Source: Azolla caroliniana (Eukaryota > Plantae > Polypodiophyta). Taken from it: a DNA stretch of 64,000 nucleotides. The DNA lies in NCBI GenBank assembly GCA_043228905.1, contig JBHGNT010000009.1, forward strand, positions 5,146,001 through 5,210,000, given 5' to 3'. A program made the translations under genes and the position numbers. The notes beneath the pieces were generated by a model. That model was given only the letters and a program-made list of their open reading frames with translations, did not search any database and was not told the origin of the DNA. The number at the start of each line of letters is the position of its first letter. The stretch's first letter is position 1. Of this stretch, positions 37,527 through 48,056 are shown in pieces.

Positions 37527-40500
37527 TTGGACAGCCCTAGATCTGTGCAGCCCATTAGTGGTTCCATTCCCTCTAAGCAAGTTAGTGATGTGTTCGTAGT
37601 CCAAGTAGCAGTTAGTACTAAAAGTACCCCTCCAGTACATACCTTAGCCCTTCTAGATTCCGGAGCTAATTCTTGCTTCATGGATAGGAATTTTGCCCGA
37701 GCTCATCAGATATCTCTCAGAAAGCTCCCATGTCCAGCCTCAGTAGTAGTCATTGATGGTCGTCCCATTGCTTCTGGTAATATCATAGAAGAGTCGGAAC
37801 CCGTTAATATTGTCCTAGATAACTTAACATGTGTAGTATCATTTAATATTATTAGTATTCCAGAACATCCCATAGTTTTAGGATTACCATGGTTCGAGTT
37901 ACATGACCCAGACATAGATTGGAGGACAAGGGAAATCCGGTTGCGACAAACCCAAGGATCTACCCAGAAGGTTGCAACCATTTCGCTACGTCAGTTGCGT
38001 GAGGAAGGGCGCAAGGAGGAAATGTTTCTCTTTGCAATATCAGTACAACCCTCCAGCACCACCAAAGAGGAGTCCACCGTTCAACTTCCCGAGAAGTATC
38101 GTCAGTATGCTGATGTGTTCGATAAAGTACAAGCCAACACACTTCCTCATCATCGGCCGTACGACTGCGCCATCGACTTACAACCGGGAAAAGAGCCGCC
38201 ATGGGGGCCGATCTACAATTTGTCACCAACCGAGCTAGAAGTCCTTCGAGCCTATATAGAGGAGAATTTGGAGAACGGTTTCATTCGGCATTCGAAATCT
38301 CCAGCCGGCGCACCCATTTTCTTCGTCAAGAAAAAAGATGGCTCGCTTCGACTCGTTGTAGATTACCGTGGCTTGAATAAGGTCACAGTAAGAAATAGGT
38401 ATGCTCTTCCCCTTATCTCAAGTCTTTTAGAACGGATCAACGGTGCCAGGTTCTTCACGAAGATCGACTTACGAGGAGCCTATAACCTCGTACGGATCCG
38501 ACCAGGAGATGAATGGAAGACCGCGTTTCGCACCAGATATGGGCACTTCGAGTATACGGTCATGCCGTTCGGACTCACTAATGCGCCGGCAGTCTTCCAG
38601 CACATGGCGAATGATATATTTCGAGACCTCTTGGATGATTTTTTGATCATCTATTTGGATGATCTACTGGTTTATTCAAAGACCCAAGAAGAACATGATT
38701 CTCATGTACTATTAGTACTAAAACGACTTCGAGAACATGGTCTGTATGCAAAGTTAGAGAAATGTAGTTTCGGGTGCAACCAAGTGGAGTTTCTCGGCTA
38801 TGTCATCTCCTCAGAAGGCATATCTATGGACCCAGCCAAGGTCAAAACGGTGATAGAATGGCACACTCCGCGTTCGGTGCGGGATGTGCAATGCTTCCTA
38901 GGCTTTGCAAATTTCTACCGGAAGTTCATACAAAATTACTCAAAAATTGTGCTGCCTCTCACACAGCTCACCAGGAAGGGACAATCATTCATTTGGTCTA
39001 AAGAGACGGACATGGCTTTCGAGAGTCTTAAGAAGGCGTTTACATCAGCTCCAATTTTAGGTCATGTGGATCCGGAAAAACCATTCATTATCGAAGCTGA
39101 TGCATCGGATTTCGCATTGGGGAGCATTCTGTCACAACAGGGTAACGACGAGAAGCTACATCCTGTGGCTTTCCACTCCCGTAAGTTTGACGCCGCCGAA
39201 ATCAACTACGAAATTCATGATAAAGAGCTATTAGCAATAGTTGATTCTTTTATGCAATGGAGGCATTTCCTGGAGGGATCTCTTCATCAGGTCACTGTAT
39301 TCAGTGACCACAAGAACCTTGCCTACTTTCAAGATGCTCGTGTACTGAATCGACGTCAAGCTCGGTGGGCCCATTTCCTCACACGCTTCGACTTCAAAAT
39401 TACATATCGTCCGGGGAAGCACCAAGGGAAGGCAGATGCATTATCACGGCGTTCGTATCTAACACCACGTCCCGGTGAGCCAGCTTTCGATAACCAGAAG
39501 CAAGTAATCTTGGGTCCAGCACGACTGCAAGCAGCACAGATCTTTGACATGCCCGTGGATTCCGACATTACCAATACTATACGTGAGGACTTGAAGACTG
39601 ACGCTTTCGCCCAAGCTATACTAGCACAAATTGACCCCTCTCGAGCGTCATGTTCACAATCACAATCACCAGGTACGGATTATCGGCAATTCAAATACTG
39701 TGATGGATTACTCTTCTTTAAAGAACTTTTGTATGTTCCTAATGGTTCTTGCCGCCTTCGAGTAGTACAAAACTGCCATGACACATATACAGCAGGACAT
39801 TTTGGTAGTACTAAAACATTAGATTTAGTACAACGATCATTCTGGTGGCCCCGTATCCGACAATTTGTCGAAGATTTTGTTCGGACTTGCGATACATGCT
39901 GCAGAGCGAAAATGCCAAGACATCATCCATATGGTTTATTAGAACCATTACCAATTCCAAGCAAGCCATGGCAATCCATTGCTCTTGACTTCATTACAGA
40001 TCTTCCAGTCTCTAAGGGATTCAGTGCGATTCTCACAGTGGTGGATCGATATACGAAGATGGCTCATTTCTTACCATGTACTAAAGAAATATCTAGTGAA
40101 GACACCGCCGAAATTGTCATGCGGGAAGTATGTCGGCATCATGGACTCCCTGATAATATCATCAGCGATCGTGGACCCCAGTTTGTGTCAAAATTCTGGA
40201 AGCACCTTTTTAAAATGCTGAAGGTCACTTGTAACCTCTCCTCCGGCTACCACCCACAAACCGACGGTCAAGCCGAACGAACAAATCAAACACTGGAGCA
40301 GTATCTGCGGTGCTTTCTCAACTATCATCAGAATGACTGGGCAGATATTCTTCCGTTCACCGAATTTGCCTATAATAACGCTATCCACGCATCGACTAAA
40401 GTCACGCCATTCTACGCTTATACGGGATATCATCCTCGGTGGTGTGTCCTTGAAACCCCAGAAGTGTCCACAAATCCTTGCGCGGAGGATCGTTTGGAGC

Positions 40501-41084
40501 GGTTACGCAAGATACAAGCGGATTTATCTACTCAACTCCAGCAAGCTCAACAATCACACAAGGACTACGTAGATCGTCATCGACTTCCATCCAGTTTTAA
40601 CATTGGAGATCGGGTGTGGCTGCTACGACGACACATCAAGACTACTCGCCCATGTGAGAAGTTGGATTATCGACGATTAGGTCCTTTCCGTATTATCGGG
40701 AAGATTAATGATGTCGCTTTTCGTCTCGAGCTACCTCCGCAACTTCGGATACACCCGGTGTTTCATAGTTCTCTCCTCGAACCCTATCACGAGAGCACTA
40801 TCCCAGGACGTACTATACAACCTCCACCTCCTATCGAGCTCGAAGATGGACCTGAGTATGAGGTCGCTGCCATCCTCGATTCCAAGATTGTTCGCAACAA
40901 GCTCTACTATCTAGTCGATTGGCTAGGATATAGTCCCAGCGAGCGTACTTGGGAACCGATCGAGAATGTGACCAATGCTCGTGCTCTTCTAGAAGACTTC
41001 CATCGACGATATCCCGAGAAACCGGGTCCTCAATCCAAAACGACTCGTGAAACTCGTCGTTTTAAAGGGGGGATAGTGTCATAA
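37527..41084 (+). CDS. pol: Pol polyprotein PR-RT-RH-IN-chromodomain (true entry by -1 frameshift at ~37488-37494)
   Basis: LLDSGA, YLDD, DASD, GYHPQTDGQAER and EYEVAAILDSK..YLVDWLGY..TWEP all lie in one frame. Confidence 0.96.
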   Translation: MDSPRSVQPISGSIPSKQVSDVFVVQVAVSTKSTPPVHTLALLDSGANSCFMDRNFARAHQISLRKLPCPASVVVIDGRPIASGNIIEESEPVNIVLDNLTCVVSFNIISIPEHPIVLGLPWFELHDPDIDWRTREIRLRQTQGSTQKVATISLRQLREEGRKEEMFLFAISVQPSSTTKEESTVQLPEKYRQYADVFDKVQANTLPHHRPYDCAIDLQPGKEPPWGPIYNLSPTELEVLRAYIEENLENGFIRHSKSPAGAPIFFVKKKDGSLRLVVDYRGLNKVTVRNRYALPLISSLLERINGARFFTKIDLRGAYNLVRIRPGDEWKTAFRTRYGHFEYTVMPFGLTNAPAVFQHMANDIFRDLLDDFLIIYLDDLLVYSKTQEEHDSHVLLVLKRLREHGLYAKLEKCSFGCNQVEFLGYVISSEGISMDPAKVKTVIEWHTPRSVRDVQCFLGFANFYRKFIQNYSKIVLPLTQLTRKGQSFIWSKETDMAFESLKKAFTSAPILGHVDPEKPFIIEADASDFALGSILSQQGNDEKLHPVAFHSRKFDAAEINYEIHDKELLAIVDSFMQWRHFLEGSLHQVTVFSDHKNLAYFQDARVLNRRQARWAHFLTRFDFKITYRPGKHQGKADALSRRSYLTPRPGEPAFDNQKQVILGPARLQAAQIFDMPVDSDITNTIREDLKTDAFAQAILAQIDPSRASCSQSQSPGTDYRQFKYCDGLLFFKELLYVPNGSCRLRVVQNCHDTYTAGHFGSTKTLDLVQRSFWWPRIRQFVEDFVRTCDTCCRAKMPRHHPYGLLEPLPIPSKPWQSIALDFITDLPVSKGFSAILTVVDRYTKMAHFLPCTKEISSEDTAEIVMREVCRHHGLPDNIISDRGPQFVSKFWKHLFKMLKVTCNLSSGYHPQTDGQAERTNQTLEQYLRCFLNYHQNDWADILPFTEFAYNNAIHASTKVTPFYAYTGYHPRWCVLETPEVSTNPCAEDRLERLRKIQADLSTQLQQAQQSHKDYVDRHRLPSSFNIGDRVWLLRRHIKTTRPCEKLDYRRLGPFRIIGKINDVAFRLELPPQLRIHPVFHSSLLEPYHESTIPGRTIQPPPPIELEDGPEYEVAAILDSKIVRNKLYYLVDWLGYSPSERTWEPIENVTNARALLEDFHRRYPEKPGPQSKTTRETRRFKGGIVS

Positions 41085-41366
41085 CTAGACTCGAACCCAT
41101 AACCTTTTGTTACACGGGTCGAGACTTTACCATTAGGTTATGAGTTGTAATTTGAAGGATATTATTTTCATTTAGGTTTTATTAGGAAATTGATGTATAT
41201 TCCAGATTTCTCTGGAACATTCTAGAAACTTCAGGAGTATTCCTGAAGACACTATAAAAGGAGGCGCAAGGCATTAGTTCGAACCAAATCGGTTCAACGC
41301 CAGTCTTAAGCCTTCTAACTACTGTTGTATATCTTCCGTCATATAATACATATATCTTTCGCATCA

Positions 41367-41414
<48 letters not shown>

Positions 41415-41547
41415 ACTCATTCCTTCTCTCAAAGTTCGACACCTCTCATAGTACTAATCCTTCTCTGTCTTAGTACTATTCCCCAACAATAGTACTAATC
41501 CTTCTTTTAGTACTAATTCCTTCTCTGCCTTAATAGAGTTCCTGACA
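41077..41547 (+). repeat. 3' LTR of chromovirus copy 2
   Basis: Repeat of 35764-36242, followed by TSD CCCGA. Confidence 0.96.
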
Positions 41548-44279
41548 CCCGACAGTTGTCAAACCGATGGTGATCTTCACAGTACCGCATGTACCGTGGA
41601 ATCTCAAGCTGATTCCGGTGCCAAGAGCTCACATCCCGAAGTTGATGGAGCTCCTAAAGCAAAAGGTGGAGATGGGCATCCTCAAACCGTCGAGTGCCCC
41701 GTATTCGAATCGGTGGTTTACGGTGCCGAAGAAGAACGGCACGATGCGCTTCATCCAGGACCTACAACCGGTCAACAAGGTGACCATCCGTAATGTAGGG
41801 ATGGGACCGACCATAGACGAGTTCGCGGAGGCCTTCGCTGGAAGGTCGATCTATTCTGTCGGTGATCTGTACTCGGGGTATGATCAGTTCCAACTAGCCG
41901 TGGAGAGCAGAGACATTACGACGATGCGGACTCCTCTTGGCCTAGTGCGGATGTGTACCCTGCCACAAGGAGGGACGAACTCAGTGGCTCACATGGTGAA
42001 CACAATGAACAAAGTGCTCAGGGATTGTATCCCGGACATCACCATCCCGTTCTTAGACGACATCCCGATCAAGGGATGCCCGGTGGAGAAAAGGGACGAG
42101 GCAATCGGGCCGGACGGATGTCGAATTTTCGTGGCATCCCACATCGATGACTGCGAGAAGGTGTTGCAGAGACTAGAGCGCGCCATGCTCACCTTCTCCT
42201 GGGAAAAGTCGCCCTTCGGACAGTTGGAGATCTTGGTGGCCGGACACCTGTGTAGGCCTTACGGTAGAAAACCGTCTCCGGCAAAGGTAGAGGCCATCTC
42301 CGCGATGAGGAACGTTTGCGGGTCGGTCACGGAGGTCCGCAAATTCTTGGGGGCATGCGCATTCTACCACATCTGGATCCCGCACTACGCACATGTCGCG
42401 GAACCCCTCTACGGACTATTGAAAAGGGGGCGTAGCTTTGAGTGGAGGACGGAGCACACGGAGTCGGTTCGGAGACTAAAGGAGGCGCTTACGGCAGCGC
42501 CGGCTCTCCGTAAAGCGGTTTACGGCAAGGATGTTCCCATCTCGTAATGGTGGACACCAGCCCGACCGGGATCGGGTGGGTAATCAGTCAGGAGGACAAG
42601 GGCGGCGTACGATTCCCGATCTGGTTCAGCGCGAAGCTATTGAGCGAGCAGCAGCGAGCAGCAGCGAGGGTACGCCCAAGTTAAGCGCGAACTTTGGGGT
42701 GTCGTTTCGGCAGTCAAGGCTGACAAGGATTATCTGATCGGGACGGAGGTGATTATCGAGACGGACTGCCTGCCGATACTCGGCATGGTTTCCGGATGCG
42801 CGACGCCGGACCTAGCAATGCTCCGGTGGATAGCGTACATTAAGTCCCTGAACCCGGAGATACGGCACATCTCCGGAAAGGTCAATACCATGGCCGACAT
42901 GCTTTCGAGGGCAAGGTTCAACGACGAAGACGGCATGGTTTTGGAAGACGAAGAAGTCGGCGAGGACTTCTTTGGGTCGGCTAATGTAACGACAAGAAGG
43001 AAAGGGAACACTCCGCCGCTTAACGATTTTGACGAAAGCAGGTACGACAGGGAGTGGCTCCAAATCAGGAGGTTCCTACAGACGATGATATCAGACGTAG
43101 CATGGGCGAGAGAGGAGGCGAGCCGAATACGGAGGAAGGCGTACCGATTCTTCCTGCGGGACGGGTGCATATGGAAGCACCCAAAGAAGAGAAGCGGCAT
43201 CCCACTCCAAGTAGTGGCAAAGAAAGAAGCTGAAGGAGAAGTACTGGTGGCCGGGGCTATACCAGGACGTGCATCGGTTCGTAACGACTTGCGAAAGCTA
43301 TCAGGTGCACTCCGTAGTCCGACACCGGGATGAGCTCCACCCGACCTACCCGCCTACAGTCCATTTCAAGTGGATGGTGGACTTGGTGACAATGCCGATG
43401 GGGGTAGGATAGATGCGATACCTGGTGCTTGCAAGGGAAGACCTAACGAACCAGGTGGAAGGTCGTGCACTACAAAGCAAGACAACCGCGGCGGTATGCC
43501 AGTTCCTGATCGAAGAAGTAGTGTGTCAGTACGGGTGCGTCGGGATGATCGTGGCGGACCGGGGAGAAATGGATGCGCGGGAGGCCGAGGAGCTGTTTGA
43601 CCGGCTAGGCGTCAAACTCTCCCTCACCACGGCGTACAATCCGGAGGCGAACGGAAAGGTGGAACGTGGGCACAGACCGATTGTAAAGGCGTTGGTGCGT
43701 GCATGCGGTGGGCAGGTCGGGAATTGGCCGCGACTCCTTCCTTACGCGCTATGGGCGGACCGTACTACGCACAGTTCGGTGACGGGGTTTATGCCAGCGG
43801 AGCTAATGTACGGACAAAATCTGATCATGCCGGTGGAACGGACGGTTTCTTCGTGGGCGGCGGTAGATTGGAAGGACGAAATGAGCCAGGAGGAGTTGCT
43901 AGCGGCGCGGATTCAACAACTCGAGCGGAGGCCGGAGGACGTGATACAGGTGAAGGAAAAGCTGCAAGCGGCGAGGGAGCGGAACAAGACCCGGTTCAAC
44001 CGGACGCACCGGTTGCGACCAAAGAAGATCGAGGAAGGCGACTGGGTCTTGGTATACGACAGCAGCCTCGACAATCAGCACAAGGCGGTGCGAAAGCTTG
44101 CTAGGAGATGGTTTGGGCCCTACATGGTGACGAGCGCGAACGGCAACGGCACGTACCACCTCGCGGAACTCGACGGGACACGGTTAGCAGTGCCAGTGGC
44201 TGGAAAGCGGATCAAAGCTTTCAAAAAGCGGTTCGAAGACGAGCCGGAGCCTGCGAGCCAGAGCGACAATGACGATTAG
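41548..44279 (+). pseudogene. RT-RNase H-integrase of the Trp-primed element (frameshifts, stop, internal deletion)
   Basis: DLYSGYDQ, LPQGGTNS, FLDDIPIKG, IETDCLP, ADRGE, TTAYNPEANGKVER and WFGPY. It continues the 34776-35763 frame segment across the CCCGA TSD. Confidence 0.9.
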
Positions 44280-44384
44280 TTCGGGTCCGGCGGAGAACCG
44301 GAGAGCAACGAGTGAGGCCAGGTTTCATCGATATCTACCCGTCTCTGGCGCATACCGGTGGATGCGCGGTTTGGTGGGGGTGGA

Positions 44385-44992
44385 TGTCGTGAAGAAAACC
44401 GGCCATAGGCGGAATCGGAGAGAAAGCGTGCAAACCGGCCCCTACATGGATGGACGCGTGACAGTATACTTTGTACATGAACCGGTGGATGTGACTACTA
44501 AGCCACATGCATTTATTAGAGGGGATTGTGCGTATCCCAGAGAGGGGACAGGGAATAAAAGGAAGAAGGGAAGACAAAAATGGCATCGCGCGCGAGGAGG
44601 AGGAGGGAGGTTGCTGCAGAACGGAAGGCGGAGCTCTCTCTCTTCGACTCGAATCGTCGCTCTCTGCGGGTGTCGGGAGGTCACTACCTCTGCTTCGTGG
44701 ACAACCCGTGTGCTTCCAACAGAGTTGCTCCCCTTCCCCCTTTGTTTCTTTGAGTCGGTGACTGTCGTCGGTGTGCGTGAGTAGGGTCCCCGTGTCGGGC
44801 CCGTCGCCGCTTTGTCGGTTGTAACTATCGGAGTTTGTAATCTCTGTCATTATAATTAAGTGTTACGTTCTCTTTCTCGCTTATACATGTCGGTGAATCT
44901 ATCTCTCTCTCTCTCTCTCTCTCTCTCGCTCCTCGGTCCAAGACCCCCGTGGTCCCGCCCCTTTCTACACGCACACGCGTAACAACGCGACA
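44385..44992 (+). repeat. 3' LTR of the Trp-primed element
   Basis: Direct repeat of 32357-32974. Confidence 0.95.
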
Positions 44993-47614
44993 ACGCGTAA
45001 GTCTACAAAACCTATTGTGTGGAATGCTACACTCGACCTCACCTTTAAGGAACTCAGGGACCTGGTATGCAAGGCTCCTTCACTTCTTTTACCCGATCCT
45101 TCAAAACCTTTTGAGGTTGAAACCAATGCAAGCGATTACGCTATAGGTGATGTCTTATATCAAGATGGTAAACCAATAGCATTCAAGAGTAAGAAACTTG
45201 ATTATGCTCAATGTCGGTATACCGTTCAAGAAAAGGAATTATTTGCAGTTATACATGCGCTCAAAACATGGCGCCATTATCTTTATGGAAATCACTTTGT
45301 GGTAACTACGGACCACAAGTCCTTGAAATATTTTTGTGACCAACAAGACCTGAAAGGTCATAAGGCACGATGGGCTGATCTCATCCAGGACTCTGATTTT
45401 TCCATACGATATCGTAAAGGTTCCATGAATACTGTCATTGATGCACTAAGTCGCATCCGTGAAGTTAACATGCTTAGCTTCACTGAAATATCATCAGATC
45501 TTTATGATCACCTTCGAGGAAAGTATCCTGATGACAGTTGTTTTGCAAAATATTGGGCAAGAGTTGAGTCTGGAACAGACACCACCACATCCTCGAAGGA
45601 ATACTTCCACATTGCTAACGGTTTGCTCTACCGTAAGGGGAAGGTTTGTGTTCTAGATTTGCCTGAGGTCAAAAAGAGGATTCTTTTTTAATGCCATGAT
45701 GCACCCTCAGTAGGGCACCCTGGAATACATCGTACACTTGTTCTCATCTCCACTCAATTTTATTGGCCTAAGATGTGTCCTGACATACATAGTTATATGA
45801 CTAAATGTCACCAATGTCAGGTTAACAAAGCCGAGCGACTTAAAGTTGCAGGACTTTTACATCCCTTGGACATTCCCAATAATAAGTGGGAAAGTATATC
45901 CATGGATTTTATTGTTAGCCTTCCACGCACCCAAAAAGGCCATGATGCCATCTAGGCTATGGTTGATCGACTAACTAAAATGGCTAGATTTATTGCTACT
46001 AAAACCACGGTAACGGCTCCTGAATTGGCTTACCAATTCGTTGACGAGTTATTTCGTTTTTATGGGTTACCAATAGATATCGTGAGTGATCGAGATCCAA
46101 AATTTACTAGTGACTTCTGGATGCAAGTCTTTAAGAAGTTAGAAACTACATTGAGCATGAGCTCCACGGATCATCCTCAATCCGATGGACAGACAGAACG
46201 AGTAAATCAAATTATTGGGGACATGCTTCGAGCATATCAAAATGGGAACGTTATATCCCAATTTTGGAGTTTGCTTATAACAGCTCCAAGCATACGTCAA
46301 CGGGATATAGTCCTTTTATGTTGATGTATGGTTTGCAGCCACGAGCCCCAATTGATGTTAATATACATCATGATGAGTTGCGAAGTACGCAAAACTTTCT
46401 TCGGGATATGCAAGATATGTTGCATATTGCACGAGATAATATAAAAATAGCTCAAGATAGAGCGCATTTTTATGCTGATCATCATAGGCAACCTCGTGTA
46501 TTCAACCCTGGACAGAAGGTATTTTTATGTGTACCTCACAATTCTAAGACATTGTCTACGAGTAAGTGCGCTAAGTTAGCCCCACGGTTTTGTTGACCAT
46601 TTACAATCCTCAAACGCATTGGGACATCAGCCTATCGTCTCGCTCTTCCCGATGGTGTTGGAATTTGAAAAGAGAGATGATGATAGAAAAGAGAGAGAAG
46701 GAAGATATAGAAACCCAAATCTACAAAGATATATTAATAAGGAGTGATGATCATAGAAACAAGAGAAAGAAGATACATAAACTCAAGCCTACAAGGATGA
46801 ATTGATCACTAGAAAAAACGCACTACATGAATAGGCAAGAAAAACCCCACAAGAAAAAGGCTCTTCCTCACCACCTCACTCTTCTTGCTTTATATGAAGT
46901 TCTCCTCTAGTAGATAAGTTTCGCTTGCTTTCTTTTCCACGCTTTTTTTACAGCTTTTCCATCTCCTATTCTTAGCTATGACACAATGATCTTCTAATCG
47001 TCATATCTCCCTCATCCATGCTCCAAATTTAGAGTTTTAAAAAGCTACGGATAGCTCTCGTCATAAGCTTTCTAACCCATATTTACACGTGATATTTGGG
47101 TGTCAAACGAGAGAGTTATGAGCATTTGTTTCTGACTGCTTTTTGGTGGTCTGCTTTTTCCTTCTTTTACTTTTCTCCACGTGACTTGCTTTTTGTTTGA
47201 CTTATCCTCAAGACCTTAGCTCGTGATCTTGCCCTCCGGATGTGAACACACCATACCTTATATTCTTGTAGACTTTAATACCTTGAATTCTAAAAACACT
47301 TTCACAGAATTCATCCAGTCTTTCATGTGAGTCATCTAAAAGAACTTCTAGGTTTTGGTGACAATACAGTTACAACTGAAACTTTGGTTACTTCTGAAGA
47401 ATTATCTTCTAAACCACATGTACCAGAAAGAATTCTCGATGTTAAAACAAAACAATTACGTACTAAAGAAATCCGAGAATGTAAAATAAAATGGATGGAT
47501 AAATCAATAAAAGATGCCACATGGGAACGCGAAAAAACTCTAAGAACTAAGTTCCCTAACTTTCCATTGCAAGAGTGCAATGTTTTAAAGAGGGGGAGTA
47601 TGTTACAGGCATGA
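44993..47614 (+). pseudogene. RNase H-integrase-chromodomain of the outer chromovirus, interrupted by a solo LTR
   Basis: ETNASDYAIG, TTDHKSL, ISMDFI, SDRDPKF, HPQSDGQTER, and PERILD...KIKW...ATWE. Confidence 0.9.
46666..47306 (-). mobile_element. Solo LTR (641 bp) inserted in the outer element's integrase C-terminus
   Basis: TG...CA ends and TSD GAATT on both sides. Removing it restores LPDGVGIHPVFHVS. Orientation is inferred from a minus-strand TATAAA. Confidence 0.88.
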
Positions 47615-48056
47615 CCATATAATATCCCGTGGTGAGAATTTACCGTAGTATTCTATACACATGGATAAGTGTGAGGGTTAAACGAGAGTGTAAAGAAGGG
47701 GAGGATTACTTTTAAATCCTCCGGATTGAGACAACCCATTAGGCCAATTGTGAACATGGTTGGGGGCCTTGGGTATCGCTATAAATAGAGGCCTAGCTAC
47801 CCTCATTTCATCATCTTGTTGACTAAGTCGAGACTCTGTCTTGTGGTGGGTCAACTCTTGTAGCAAGCGCGCCAACACCAGGTACGACTCGACGCCATGG
47901 CGGTGGTATGGGATGCCGATCGAGGCTCGAGTCCGTCTCGATCCCTTCGCTCGGGGGTGGTCGGGTGGATTGGCACCCTTCTTTCTCTCGCTCCTTTCTT
48001 TCTATCTACCTAGATCTATCCTTATCTAATGCTTACTTTAGTACATGTCTCTAATA
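47601..48056 (+). repeat. 3' LTR of the outer chromovirus (456 bp)
   Basis: Follows the PPT, matches 26016-26351 (reverse complement) plus 28136-28257, and is followed by CCTTA. Confidence 0.95.

Larger units (their letters stand above)
35764..41547 (+). mobile_element. Intact young Ty3/Gypsy chromovirus (Tcn1/Tf1-like), copy 2, nested in the Trp-primed element
   Basis: LTRs 35764-36242 and 41077-41547 are identical by eye except for (CT)n length. TSD CCCGA, PPT AAAGGGGGGATAG, uninterrupted gag and pol. Confidence 0.98.
32357..44992 (+). mobile_element. GC-rich, tRNA-Trp-primed non-chromovirus Ty3/Gypsy element nested in the RT/RH region of the outer element
   Basis: LTRs 32357-32974 and 44385-44992 (TGTCG...CGACA), PBS at 32979, PPT GGTGGGGGTGGA. 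A 4-bp TSD ACGT/ACGC restores the host frame LKGQTRKSTKPIVW. Confidence 0.95.
28136..48056 (+). mobile_element. Outer Ty3/Gypsy chromovirus primed by tRNA-iMet; degenerate, with nested insertions and its 5' LTR split by an inversion
   Basis: LTR remnant 28136-28257, PBS TGGTATCTGAGC at 28260, gag/PR/RT 29822-32356, RH/IN 44993-46665, chromodomain 47327-47614, PPT AAGAGGGGGAGTA, 3' LTR 47601-48056, TSD CCTTA. Confidence 0.93.
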
